Positions 27,372 to 36,271 of a stretch of 64,000 bases of DNA are shown here, in pieces. Where the stretch lies: the NCBI GenBank assembly GCA_011369445.1, contig DRQF01000189.1, forward strand, positions 17,626-81,625, written 5' to 3'. Below the pieces are notes generated by a model, which made no database searches, had not been told where the DNA came from, and worked only from the letters and a program-made list of their open reading frames with translations. Each line of letters starts with the position of its first letter. Within the stretch, counting starts at the first letter, position 1. The stretch is from Planctomycetota bacterium (GTDB taxonomy: Bacteria; Planctomycetota; GCA-002687715; DRQF01). Made by a program: the position numbers and the translations under genes.

Positions 27372-28121
27372 TCAAACCTGGGTGAGACCGCCGTCGGCCG
27401 TGAACTCGCTTCCGACGACGTAGGACGACGCGTCGGATGCGAGAAACAGGGCTACCGACGCCATCTCTTCCGGCCGGCCGACACGGCCGACCGGCGCTCG
27501 CTCGACGATCTGCTCCGTAAAGCCCTCGAGCATCTCCTTGGGCAGTCCTGTCTTTCCGAGCAAGGGGGTCTCGATGAGTCCTGGGCTCAGAACGTTGACG
27601 CGAATGCGCCGGTCAGCGAGAGCCGCCGACAGGGATCTGGCCAGAGACCGCACGGCCGCCTTGCTCGCGGAGTAGACCGAAGCCATGGGGAGCCCCATCG
27701 TGTTCACAACGGACGAGGTCAGGATCACCGAGGCTCCCTCATTCAAGTACGGGAGCGCTCTTTGGACGCTGAAGAACGCTCCCTTGAGGTTGACGCCGAT
27801 GACCTCGTCGAAATGCTCCTCGGTGACATCTTCGACGGCGACGAAAGGGGCGATCCCCGCGTTGACGAAGAGCACGTCGATCCCGCCATGGGTCGTGCCC
27901 GCGGCATGCATGAGACGATCGACATCCTCGATGCGAGAGACGTCGGCCTGAATGGCGGTGGCCTCTCCCCCCAGCTCCGACGCCGCCCTGTCGAGAGCGT
28001 CGCGGTTCCTTCCGGCCACGACAACGTGCGCTCCCTCGGCCTGGAAGAGCCGTGCGGTGGCGAGCCCGATTCCCGACGTGCCCCCCGTGATCACTGCAAT
28101 CTTGTCCTTCAGACGATCCAT
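27372..28121 (-). CDS. SDR family oxidoreductase
   Basis: The ATG at 28121 is preceded by AAGGAGAAAG. Cofactor motif VITGGTSGIGLATA. Catalytic YSASKAAV. Confidence 0.88.
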   Translation of the reverse strand: MDRLKDKIAVITGGTSGIGLATARLFQAEGAHVVVAGRNRDALDRAASELGGEATAIQADVSRIEDVDRLMHAAGTTHGGIDVLFVNAGIAPFVAVEDVTEEHFDEVIGVNLKGAFFSVQRALPYLNEGASVILTSSVVNTMGLPMASVYSASKAAVRSLARSLSAALADRRIRVNVLSPGLIETPLLGKTGLPKEMLEGFTEQIVERAPVGRVGRPEEMASVALFLASDASSYVVGSEFTADGGLTQV

Positions 28122-28142
28122 GGTTCTTTCTCCTTGGTGGTT

Positions 28143-28166
28143 GTTGTTGACCAACTGGTCAACAAC
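28143..28166. promoter_or_regulatory. 24-bp near-perfect palindrome, candidate TetR operator in front of the SDR gene
   Basis: GTTGTTGACCA-AC-TGGTCAACAAC (11-bp arms, 2-nt centre) lies between the TetR stop (28186) and the SDR RBS and start (28121). A related half-site GGTCAACAAC lies at 28830..28839, upstream of the TetR gene. Confidence 0.55.
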
Positions 28167-28185
28167 CTGACAAAAAAAACGACGG

Positions 28186-28770
28186 TCAGTTTCCTTCGAG
28201 GGCGCTCGAAGCCAGGGCGATCACGCGTTGACCTTCCGCGCGAGACATCCCCCCCTTCGAAGCCGTGAGAAGACCCGCCAGGACAACGAAGACAAACTCC
28301 GCCGCGGCCCTGGGATCGATGTCCAACCGGAACTCTCCTCGTTCCTGCCCCTCCGCGATCACGCGTCCGAGCAGGGCCTTCAGATCACGAATATGTCGGC
28401 GAAATCGCTGAGCGACCTCTTCATCATGGACCCCCAGCTCCACGGCGCTATTGATTCCGAAACATCCCCGGCGCACACCCCGGGAGCAAAGATCGAGCAC
28501 GCCATGCTGGAGCCAATTCTCGAGCCCCGCCTTCGGAGACGGCGCTTCCTTGAAGATGCCTTCGATACGGTCAAGCGAAGCCGAAAGGTAGCGATCCAGG
28601 GCAGCCATGAAGAGGTTGTGCTTACTCCCGAAAGCCTTGTAGAGACTCCCCTTCTGGATGCCCATGGCGCCCAAAAGATCATTGCACGTAGCGTCGTAGC
28701 CGTGTTCCCAGAACACTTCGATCGCGGCATCCAGAGCCTCGTCAATGTCGAATTCTCTCGGGCGCCCCAT
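28186..28770 (-). CDS. TetR/AcrR family transcriptional regulator
   Basis: N-terminal HTH region AIEVFWEHGYDATCNDLLGAMGIQKGSLYKAFGSKHNLF. Confidence 0.88.
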   Translation of the reverse strand: MGRPREFDIDEALDAAIEVFWEHGYDATCNDLLGAMGIQKGSLYKAFGSKHNLFMAALDRYLSASLDRIEGIFKEAPSPKAGLENWLQHGVLDLCSRGVRRGCFGINSAVELGVHDEEVAQRFRRHIRDLKALLGRVIAEGQERGEFRLDIDPRAAAEFVFVVLAGLLTASKGGMSRAEGQRVIALASSALEGN

Positions 28771-28930
28771 GGTGCGTATGGCCCTTTCGCTTGGCTGACC
28801 GGGTCCAGTCTACACATTAGGAACCGTTCGGTCAACAACATAGAGCGCCAACGCCGTGATCGCGCCATTCGGGGCCCCAGGGTTTCCAGAATGGGAACTG
28901 GGCGTATCCTCTCGTCGGAGGATCCTGGAC

Positions 28931-31288
28931 ATGTACTCTTCACGCCGAACGAGTTCCCTTTTGCACGATGTGCACCAAGCGCCCCTCATCGTCTCGGTAG
29001 TGCTCACGCTGCTGATTCCCGCGGCGGCGCAGAAGGTCGCGACGACGGACCCCGAACTTCAGACCGTGGCGGAATCGAGCGACTGGAAAGCGACCGGCCG
29101 CCACGCGGACGTCATGAGCTTCGTCAAGCGTTTGGCCGCGTCCTCGCCCTTGGCCACCTTGACGTCGATGGGCCGAAGCGGAGAAGGCCGCGACATCCCC
29201 CTCCTCGTTCTCTCGAATCCGCCGGTCAAGACACCCGAGGAGGCGCGAGCCTCGGGAAAACTCGTCGTATACGCCCAAGGCGGGATCCACTCCGGGGAAT
29301 GCTGCGGGAAGGAAGCTTTGCAGATGCTCGCCCGGGATCTCCTCGCTGGACCACGGGTCAAGATCCTTGACCACCTGATCCTCCTCATCGCTCCCATCTA
29401 CAACCCCGACGGCAATGAGCAGATGGCCAAGGGCAACCGGCCCGGCCAGAACGGACCGGCCAAAGGCATGGGCATTCGGGAAAACGGCGCGGGTCTCGAC
29501 CTCAACCGCGACAACATCAAACTGGAATCCCCGGAGGCCCGCGCCCTCGCTCGCGTGCTGAATACCTGGGACCCCTACATCGCCATCGACACCCACACGA
29601 CCAATGGTTCCTATCACCGCAACACGCTCACCTTTGACGGCGCCGTCAACCCGGCAGGAGACGAGAGGATCATCGAGTTCACGAGGGACGAGTTCCTCCC
29701 TCTCATTTCCGCAAGAGTCCTCGAGGCAACGGGCTACAAGACCACGTTCTATGGCAACCCGAATCCCAAGAAGACCCGCTGGTACACCTACGACGGGCTG
29801 CCTCGATTCGGCACCCGCGAGCGCGGCATCAGGGGCATCGTCACGGTGCTCACGGAGGCCTACAAATACGCGCCCTACAAGGACCGCATCCTGTGCACGA
29901 AAGCCTTCGTCGAGGAGATCCTCCGGTATGCAGATGAACATCGGGATCGGATTCGCTCCCTCGTCGAGGGCGTAAGACGAGACGCCGTATCCCGGGGACG
30001 ATGCCCACAGGCCTGGGATCAAGTCGCCTTGAGGACGGAGATCTCGCCCCTTCCAACCCCGATTCGGATCGAGGGATGGGTGGAGAAGCGGCCGAAGGGC
30101 TCCCGTGCTCGCCCCCGACCGACGAAGGAGAAGAAGACCTACGAGATGGAGCACTGGGGAGCCTATCGGCCGACCCTGTCGACACCGCGCCCCTTCGCCT
30201 ACGCCTATCCCGCCTCATGGACAACGATCACGGAGAAACTCAGACAGCACGGCATTGCCGTGGAATGCGCTGAGGCGCGCTTCGAGGTCCCCGTTCAGGT
30301 CCAGCGCATCCTCAGCGTGAATCGCAAGCGCCGCGCCTTCCAAGGTCACAAGTTGGTGAGCGTTGAAACGCAACAACGCCGCGAGGTGCAGGCGTTTGGA
30401 CGAGACACGATGGTCGTGCGCACGGCACAACCACTGGGGAACCTGATCGTCTACCTTCTCGAACCCCGCTCGGAAGACGGACTCGTCACCTGGGGCTTTT
30501 TCGACGACGCCCTCACACCCGGACGCGATTTTCCCGTCGTAAGAATCCCTCAAGCCTTCCGCTACGGCATGGTGCGGGACAGGCACGGCTGGACGTCCCT
30601 GTTCAACGGAAAGGATCTCACGGGATGGACGCCGAAAATCCGCGGACTGCGCCTGGGCGAGGACCCGTGGAACACGTTCCGCGTCCGCGACGGCGTGATT
30701 CAAGTGGGATACGAGGACTACGAGCGGTTCGACGGCAGATTCGGGCACCTCTTCTTGGATCTCCCGTTGTCCAGCTACATCCTCGAACTGGAATATCGAT
30801 TCACGGGAGATCAGGCGCCCGGCGGGCCTGGCTGGGCCTTGCGCAACAGCGGAATCATGATCCACGGCCAGAGTCCCGACTCGATGTCCTTGGACCAGGA
30901 TTTCCCCGTCTCGATCGAGGTGCAACTCCTCGGCGGGGACGGCCGCCACCCTCGCCCCACCGGTAACGTCTGCACACCGGGGACTCACATCGAAAGGAAC
31001 GGCAAGGTGATCCGCCGCCACTGCATCGACTCCAAGTCCAAGACCTATGCGGGCGAGCAGTGGGTCCGCGTCCGCGTCGAGGTCCACGGTGGGCGACACA
31101 TCCGGCACTTCATCAACGATTCGCTGGTTCTTGAGTACTCGCGGCCGCAACTCGACGCGAAAGATGCAAACGCCCGCCCCCTCCTCGAGCATCGGCGCAA
31201 TCATCGCATGCTGAGTGCAGGCTCCATCTCCTTGCAGTCGGAAAGCCACCCCTGCGAATTCAGAAACATCAAAGTTCGCTTGCTCTAG
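28931..31288 (+). CDS. Secreted M14 zinc carboxypeptidase fused to a C-terminal DUF1080 (3-keto-disaccharide hydrolase-like) domain
   Basis: The ATG at 28931, with GGAGGA 8 nt upstream, gives a signal peptide ending LIPAAAQ. Zn motif GGIHSGECCG (HxxE). C-terminal GWTSLFNGKDLTGWTPK ... SISLQSESHPCEFRNIKV is typical DUF1080. Confidence 0.82.
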   Translation: MYSSRRTSSLLHDVHQAPLIVSVVLTLLIPAAAQKVATTDPELQTVAESSDWKATGRHADVMSFVKRLAASSPLATLTSMGRSGEGRDIPLLVLSNPPVKTPEEARASGKLVVYAQGGIHSGECCGKEALQMLARDLLAGPRVKILDHLILLIAPIYNPDGNEQMAKGNRPGQNGPAKGMGIRENGAGLDLNRDNIKLESPEARALARVLNTWDPYIAIDTHTTNGSYHRNTLTFDGAVNPAGDERIIEFTRDEFLPLISARVLEATGYKTTFYGNPNPKKTRWYTYDGLPRFGTRERGIRGIVTVLTEAYKYAPYKDRILCTKAFVEEILRYADEHRDRIRSLVEGVRRDAVSRGRCPQAWDQVALRTEISPLPTPIRIEGWVEKRPKGSRARPRPTKEKKTYEMEHWGAYRPTLSTPRPFAYAYPASWTTITEKLRQHGIAVECAEARFEVPVQVQRILSVNRKRRAFQGHKLVSVETQQRREVQAFGRDTMVVRTAQPLGNLIVYLLEPRSEDGLVTWGFFDDALTPGRDFPVVRIPQAFRYGMVRDRHGWTSLFNGKDLTGWTPKIRGLRLGEDPWNTFRVRDGVIQVGYEDYERFDGRFGHLFLDLPLSSYILELEYRFTGDQAPGGPGWALRNSGIMIHGQSPDSMSLDQDFPVSIEVQLLGGDGRHPRPTGNVCTPGTHIERNGKVIRRHCIDSKSKTYAGEQWVRVRVEVHGGRHIRHFINDSLVLEYSRPQLDAKDANARPLLEHRRNHRMLSAGSISLQSESHPCEFRNIKVRLL

Positions 31289-31363
31289 CCCGAACTCGAG
31301 AGATTTTCCACGCAACGACGGCATTCCTGGAATCTTCCGCCCCTCCCCCGCGTTTCACTTTCG

Positions 31364-32236
31364 ATGGACCGACGGCAAGAAGAAGCAAACACCCCCTCCT
31401 CCCACCAGCTCCGGTGCATGGAAGTCTGGGGCGGCAACCAGTCCGTGGATGTGGGATTCGAGGTGACGGGGATCGAAGGCTGGATCCACTCGTTGCCTTA
31501 TCACGGCGCCCCTCGCGGTGGAGACGTCCACTTCGTTTCGATGTGCGGGGGGGGACGCATCTCCCGATTCTGCGTGGCCGATGTCTCGGGCCACGGCGAG
31601 GACGTCGCGGACCTCGCTCGACACCTTCGGCGGCTCATGCGCCGTCACGTCAACAAGGTTGACCAGACGCAATTTGCGCGCACGCTGAATCGGAGTTTTC
31701 TCAAGAAGGCCGACCGGGGGCGTTTCGCCACGGCCCTTCTGGCGACATATTTCGCACCCCTGCATTCGTTCGCCGTCTGCAACATCGGACACCCGAGGCC
31801 CTACCTGTATCGAAGTCGGACGGCGCGCTGGCAAGCGCTGGCAGCCGAGGGTTCCAATCCCGAGCATTCACTCGGCAATATCCCATTCGGTGTCATCCAG
31901 CAGACGGAGTACCAGCAGTTTCAGGTGGAACTCGAGCCCGAGGACATCGTCGTGATCACCTCGGACGGCGTCGCCGAGACGCGAAACGCAGCAGGTGAGT
32001 TCTTCGGCGAGCAACGGCTGCTGGAATGCCTTCGGTCCACAACCGATCCAAGCCCTCAGGGGATCGCCGCCGAGATCAGAGCCTCCATCGATCGCTTCGC
32101 CGGATCACGCCCGCCTCACGACGACCGAACTCTGATGATTCTCCGGCACAACGCTTCCGAGCCACCGCCCCTGACTCTGGGGCACCGCCTCAAGATGGTG
32201 GCGAAAATGATGGGATTGACACCCTCGGACGCATGA
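31364..32236 (+). CDS. PP2C/SpoIIE-family protein phosphatase (stand-alone)
   Basis: GGDVHFV...FCVADVSGHGEDVA, ITSDGVAE and PPHDDRTLMIL match SpoIIE-type PP2C motifs. The start could instead be the internal ATG (MEVWGGN). Confidence 0.8.
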   Translation: MDRRQEEANTPSSHQLRCMEVWGGNQSVDVGFEVTGIEGWIHSLPYHGAPRGGDVHFVSMCGGGRISRFCVADVSGHGEDVADLARHLRRLMRRHVNKVDQTQFARTLNRSFLKKADRGRFATALLATYFAPLHSFAVCNIGHPRPYLYRSRTARWQALAAEGSNPEHSLGNIPFGVIQQTEYQQFQVELEPEDIVVITSDGVAETRNAAGEFFGEQRLLECLRSTTDPSPQGIAAEIRASIDRFAGSRPPHDDRTLMILRHNASEPPPLTLGHRLKMVAKMMGLTPSDA

Positions 32237-32342
32237 CTTCCTCGTCGGTCCCTCCGAACGAGTGAAATAGACCCCCATAGACGGACGTAACTTGACCCTG
32301 TGGCCTCGCCACACCGTGGTTCATCGCTTGGAGGAGATTCCC

Positions 32343-35108
32343 GTGCCCACCAGATTCCTTCTCATCTGCTTTCTCGTGATCGCAGGCCGCACGCTCGCCC
32401 AAGCACCGCTTGGGGTCACGACACCAGAGCAGGCCTTCGGGCAGCCCCTCTGCAGCGATTATTTCCTGGTGAACTACCAGCAAATGACGGACTACTGGCA
32501 CACCCTCGAGAAGGAGTCCTCCCGCTTCAGCTTGGAGTCGATCGGTAAGACCGAGGAAGGTCGCGACATGCTCATGGCGGTCGTCACGTCGCCGGAGAAT
32601 ATGAAGCGCGTGGACCACTTCCGCGAGATTTCGCGCCGTCTTGCTCTTGCCGAAGGCGTCGACGAGGCCCTCGCGCGACGGCTCGCCGCGGAGGGGAAGT
32701 GCGTCGTCTGGATCGATGGCGGCCTTCATGCCACGGAGGTCTTGGTGGCCCAACAGCTCATCGAAACCAGTTACCAATTGGTCAGTCGGAATGATCCGGA
32801 GACTCTGCGGATGCTGGATGATCTCGTCATCCTCCTCTGCTGTCCCAATCCCGACGGCCTCGATCTGGTCGCGGATTGGTACATGCGAAGGAAGGAACCC
32901 GAGAAGCGCTCGCTGAGGGGACTCCCTCGTCTCTACCAGAAGTACATCGGCCACGACAACAATCGGGACTTCTACATGGTCTCGCAGAAGGAGACGCAGG
33001 CCATCTGCGGCGTCTTCTACAAGCGATGGTTTCCCCAGATCGTCTACAACCACCACCAGACGGGACCGTCCGGGACAGTGCTCTTCGCCCCGCCATTCAG
33101 GGATCCCTTCAACTACAACTTCGACCCGTTGGTCCCCTTGGGGATCGAACTCGTAGGCACGGCCATGCACAGTCGATTCGTCCAGGAAGGGAAGGGCGGC
33201 TCAACGATGCGCAAGGGCGCGAGCTATTCCACATGGTGGAACGGCGGGCTACGGACCAATGTCTACTTTCACAACATGATCGGCCTGCTCACGGAGACGA
33301 TCGGCAGCCCGAATCCGATGAAGATCCCCCTACGCCTGGACAGGCAGCTCCCCAGCAGCAACCTCCCCATGCCCATTCCACCTCAGCAGTGGCACTTCCG
33401 CCAATCCCTCGATTACGCCTTGACGGCCAACTGGGCTGTTTTCGACGTCGCTTCCCGGTATCGCGAGACCTTTCTCTTCAACGCCTGGCGCATGGGCATG
33501 AACTCCATCCAGCGAGGTAGCCGGGACCACTGGACCACCCAGCCCAACATGATCAGAAGAGCGCGCAAGGACTTGGCCGATCGAAGGAACGCCGCGCGAT
33601 CGATGGGAAAGAACTCCGCGAAAGGGACAAACGCACCGGCTCCGGAAGAACTCACATGGCAGGGGGTGTTTCGCGACCCGGCGATGAGAGATCCGCGCGG
33701 GTACGTCATCCCCTCGAACCAGCGTGACTTCCCCACGGCCACCAAGTTCGTGAACGCCCTCATCCGCAACGGCATTCGCGTGCACCGGGCCACCAAAGCA
33801 TTTGCCATCCGAGGGAAGGAATATCCCGAAGACTCCTACGTCGTGTACACGGCCCAAGCATTTCGCCCCCACATCCTCGACATGTTCGAACCGCAGGTGC
33901 ATCCCGACGACATCCCCTACCCCGGCGGACCACCCACGCCCCCCTACGATGCCGCGGGTTGGACGCTGGCCTACCAGATGGGCGTCACCTTCGACCGCGT
34001 CCTCGAGCCGTTCGACGGCCCGTTCCAAACCATCGAAGGTCTCGCCAAGCCGCCCGCCGGCGAGTTCAAGAACGGGTTTCGAGCGGCAGGTTACCTGTTC
34101 TCCGACGCAACCAACGACAGCCACGCGGCGGCCAATCAACTCCTCGCGGACCGTGCCCGTGTCTTCCGATTGACAGCGCCGCTCAGCTTCGGAGAAATGT
34201 CTTTTCCTCCGGGCACGTTCTACGTCGAAGCCGGCGACGTGGGGACACCGATTCTCCAGGATCTCGCCAAGACGTTGGGAATCGACGTCCTCGGTGTCCA
34301 CCAGAAGCCAACCATCGGCATGCGTCCGCTGAAGCGAATCCGCGTGGGACTTTGGGATCGCTACGGAGGCTCCATGGCGTCCGGGTGGATCCGTTGGCTG
34401 CTCGAGCAATTCGGGTTCGAGTTCCAGCTCGTGTTCGCACCCGAGTTGGACGCAGGCGGTCTCGCGGAGAGGTTCGACGTCCTCATCTTTCCGAGTGGCG
34501 CCGTTCCCGATTCGGATGCGCGGCGCCGACGCCGCGGCGGACGAGACAACCTCAGGGAACCGGACGACCTTCCCGAGGAATACCGTGGTCGCTGGGGCCA
34601 CGTTTCCGTCCAGAAAACGGTCCCCCGGCTGAAGGAGTTCCTGGAGCAGGGCGGACGAATCGTCTGTCTCGGCGGGTCGACGTCACTCGCCCGCCATCTC
34701 GACTTACCCATCGAGGATGCCCTGACGCTCCGCGAACAGGACGGGAAGGTGCGGCCCCTGAAGAGGGATGAATTCTTCATCCCCGGATCGATCCTGCGCA
34801 TGCACGTGGACACATCGCAGCCCCTGGCGCGGGGACTCACGCACAACTTGGACGTCATGTTCCGAAGGAGTCCCGTCTTTCGTCTGGGGCCCGCCGCGGC
34901 CGGCCAAGGCATCCGCCCCGTGGCCTGGTTCGACACGGTGAAGCCACTCCGCAGCGGGTGGGCCTGGGGTCAGGAGCGGCTCGAGAACACGATCGGCATC
35001 GTGGACGCACCGGTGGGCAAGGGGCACCTTTTCCTCTTCGGCCCCGACATCACTTACCGTGCGCAGCCCCACGCCTCGTTCAAGTTCCTTTTCAACGCCC
35101 TCCACTGA
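32343..35108 (+). CDS. Large secreted M14 family metallopeptidase
   Basis: The GTG at 32343, with GAGGAG 6 nt upstream, gives signal peptide (M)PTRFLLICFLVIAGRTLAQA. Zn motif VWIDGGLHATE. The long C-terminal region is typical of ~900-aa M14 homologues. Confidence 0.82.
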   Translation: MPTRFLLICFLVIAGRTLAQAPLGVTTPEQAFGQPLCSDYFLVNYQQMTDYWHTLEKESSRFSLESIGKTEEGRDMLMAVVTSPENMKRVDHFREISRRLALAEGVDEALARRLAAEGKCVVWIDGGLHATEVLVAQQLIETSYQLVSRNDPETLRMLDDLVILLCCPNPDGLDLVADWYMRRKEPEKRSLRGLPRLYQKYIGHDNNRDFYMVSQKETQAICGVFYKRWFPQIVYNHHQTGPSGTVLFAPPFRDPFNYNFDPLVPLGIELVGTAMHSRFVQEGKGGSTMRKGASYSTWWNGGLRTNVYFHNMIGLLTETIGSPNPMKIPLRLDRQLPSSNLPMPIPPQQWHFRQSLDYALTANWAVFDVASRYRETFLFNAWRMGMNSIQRGSRDHWTTQPNMIRRARKDLADRRNAARSMGKNSAKGTNAPAPEELTWQGVFRDPAMRDPRGYVIPSNQRDFPTATKFVNALIRNGIRVHRATKAFAIRGKEYPEDSYVVYTAQAFRPHILDMFEPQVHPDDIPYPGGPPTPPYDAAGWTLAYQMGVTFDRVLEPFDGPFQTIEGLAKPPAGEFKNGFRAAGYLFSDATNDSHAAANQLLADRARVFRLTAPLSFGEMSFPPGTFYVEAGDVGTPILQDLAKTLGIDVLGVHQKPTIGMRPLKRIRVGLWDRYGGSMASGWIRWLLEQFGFEFQLVFAPELDAGGLAERFDVLIFPSGAVPDSDARRRRRGGRDNLREPDDLPEEYRGRWGHVSVQKTVPRLKEFLEQGGRIVCLGGSTSLARHLDLPIEDALTLREQDGKVRPLKRDEFFIPGSILRMHVDTSQPLARGLTHNLDVMFRRSPVFRLGPAAAGQGIRPVAWFDTVKPLRSGWAWGQERLENTIGIVDAPVGKGHLFLFGPDITYRAQPHASFKFLFNALH

Positions 35109-35142
35109 CGGGACAAGGACAAGCCTCGCGGTCGACAACACC

Positions 35143-35979
35143 ATGCACATCGCACTCATTCAGCAGAGAGCGGGAGACGATCTCGCGGAGAATCTCGCAC
35201 GGGGCCTCGCCGCGTTCGAACGGGCCGCCGACGAGGGTGCCCAGCTGGTCTGCTTCGCCGAGCTGGCCTTCGAGCCCTTCTACCCACGAGAAGTCGCCGG
35301 ACCGGAGGCCTCTCTTCGTGCCCAGAGTATCCCTGGGATGATCACGGAAGCCTTCTCCGAGCGGGCCCGCGCGCGGGGGGTCGTCGTCGTCCTCAACCTC
35401 TTCGAACGGGCCGGGGACCAGTGCTTCGATGCATCTCCGGTGATCGACGCCGACGGCCGACTCCTCGGCACGACCCGCATGATTCACATCACCGACTACC
35501 CGGGTTTTCATGAGCAGGGCTACTACGCTCCGGGGGATCGGGATCTCCCGGTCTACCACACCGCCGTCGGCAAGGTGGGTGTTGCCATCTGCTACGACCG
35601 GCACTTCCCCGAAGCCATGCGGGCCTTGGCGCTCGGCGGTGCCGATCTCGTCGTCATTCCCCAGGCGGGCACGGAGGGGGAGTGGCCGGCCGGCCTCTAC
35701 GAGGCCGAATTGCAGGTGGCCGCCTTCCAAAACGGCTACTTCACGGCGCTATGCAACCGTGTGGGCAGGGAGGGGAAACTCGTCTTCGCGGGCGAGTCCT
35801 TCGTCTGCGCCCCAGATGGGCGGGTGATCGCTCGGGCCGGCCGCGGGACCGAGGAAATCCTCCATGCCGACCTGGATCTCCACGAGCTCGATGACAGTTC
35901 CGCGCGCCGACTCTTTCTTCGTCACCGACGCCCCGACCTCTACGCGCGGTGGTTGCGATGTCCGCCGGAAAAGCCCTGA
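35143..35979 (+). CDS. Carbon-nitrogen hydrolase family protein (N-carbamoylputrescine-amidase-like)
   Basis: The ATG at 35143 gives MHIALIQQ. Motifs CFAELAF (Glu) and VGVAICYDRHFPE (Cys). TRMIHITDYPGFHEQGYYAPGD aligns by eye with the YRKSHIPDGPGY..FYF.PGD block of AguB-type enzymes. Confidence 0.8.
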   Translation: MHIALIQQRAGDDLAENLARGLAAFERAADEGAQLVCFAELAFEPFYPREVAGPEASLRAQSIPGMITEAFSERARARGVVVVLNLFERAGDQCFDASPVIDADGRLLGTTRMIHITDYPGFHEQGYYAPGDRDLPVYHTAVGKVGVAICYDRHFPEAMRALALGGADLVVIPQAGTEGEWPAGLYEAELQVAAFQNGYFTALCNRVGREGKLVFAGESFVCAPDGRVIARAGRGTEEILHADLDLHELDDSSARRLFLRHRRPDLYARWLRCPPEKP

Positions 35980-36271
35980 CCCCCTCGGAGCTTCATCCCT
36001 CACCGGGAATCCGCCCTGGCTCCCCACCGGAACGTGCCTATTCTTCCGCCGGCAGGTGCTTGCAGGTTCCATTTCACGGTCTTCGACATATCGGGGATTC
36101 ACTCCGCATCACTGCCGATCACGGTTCAGTGACACCCTGAGAGACGCAGTCCCCCTTCGTCGAGTCGGGCGAAAGCCGGGGCCATGTCGAACGTAACCCT
36201 TGCATGGAGAGGGAGTCCCCTCCCCTGCCGACGCGTCGGTCGGCGCCATCCCATGCTTCCAAGGGGTCCCC

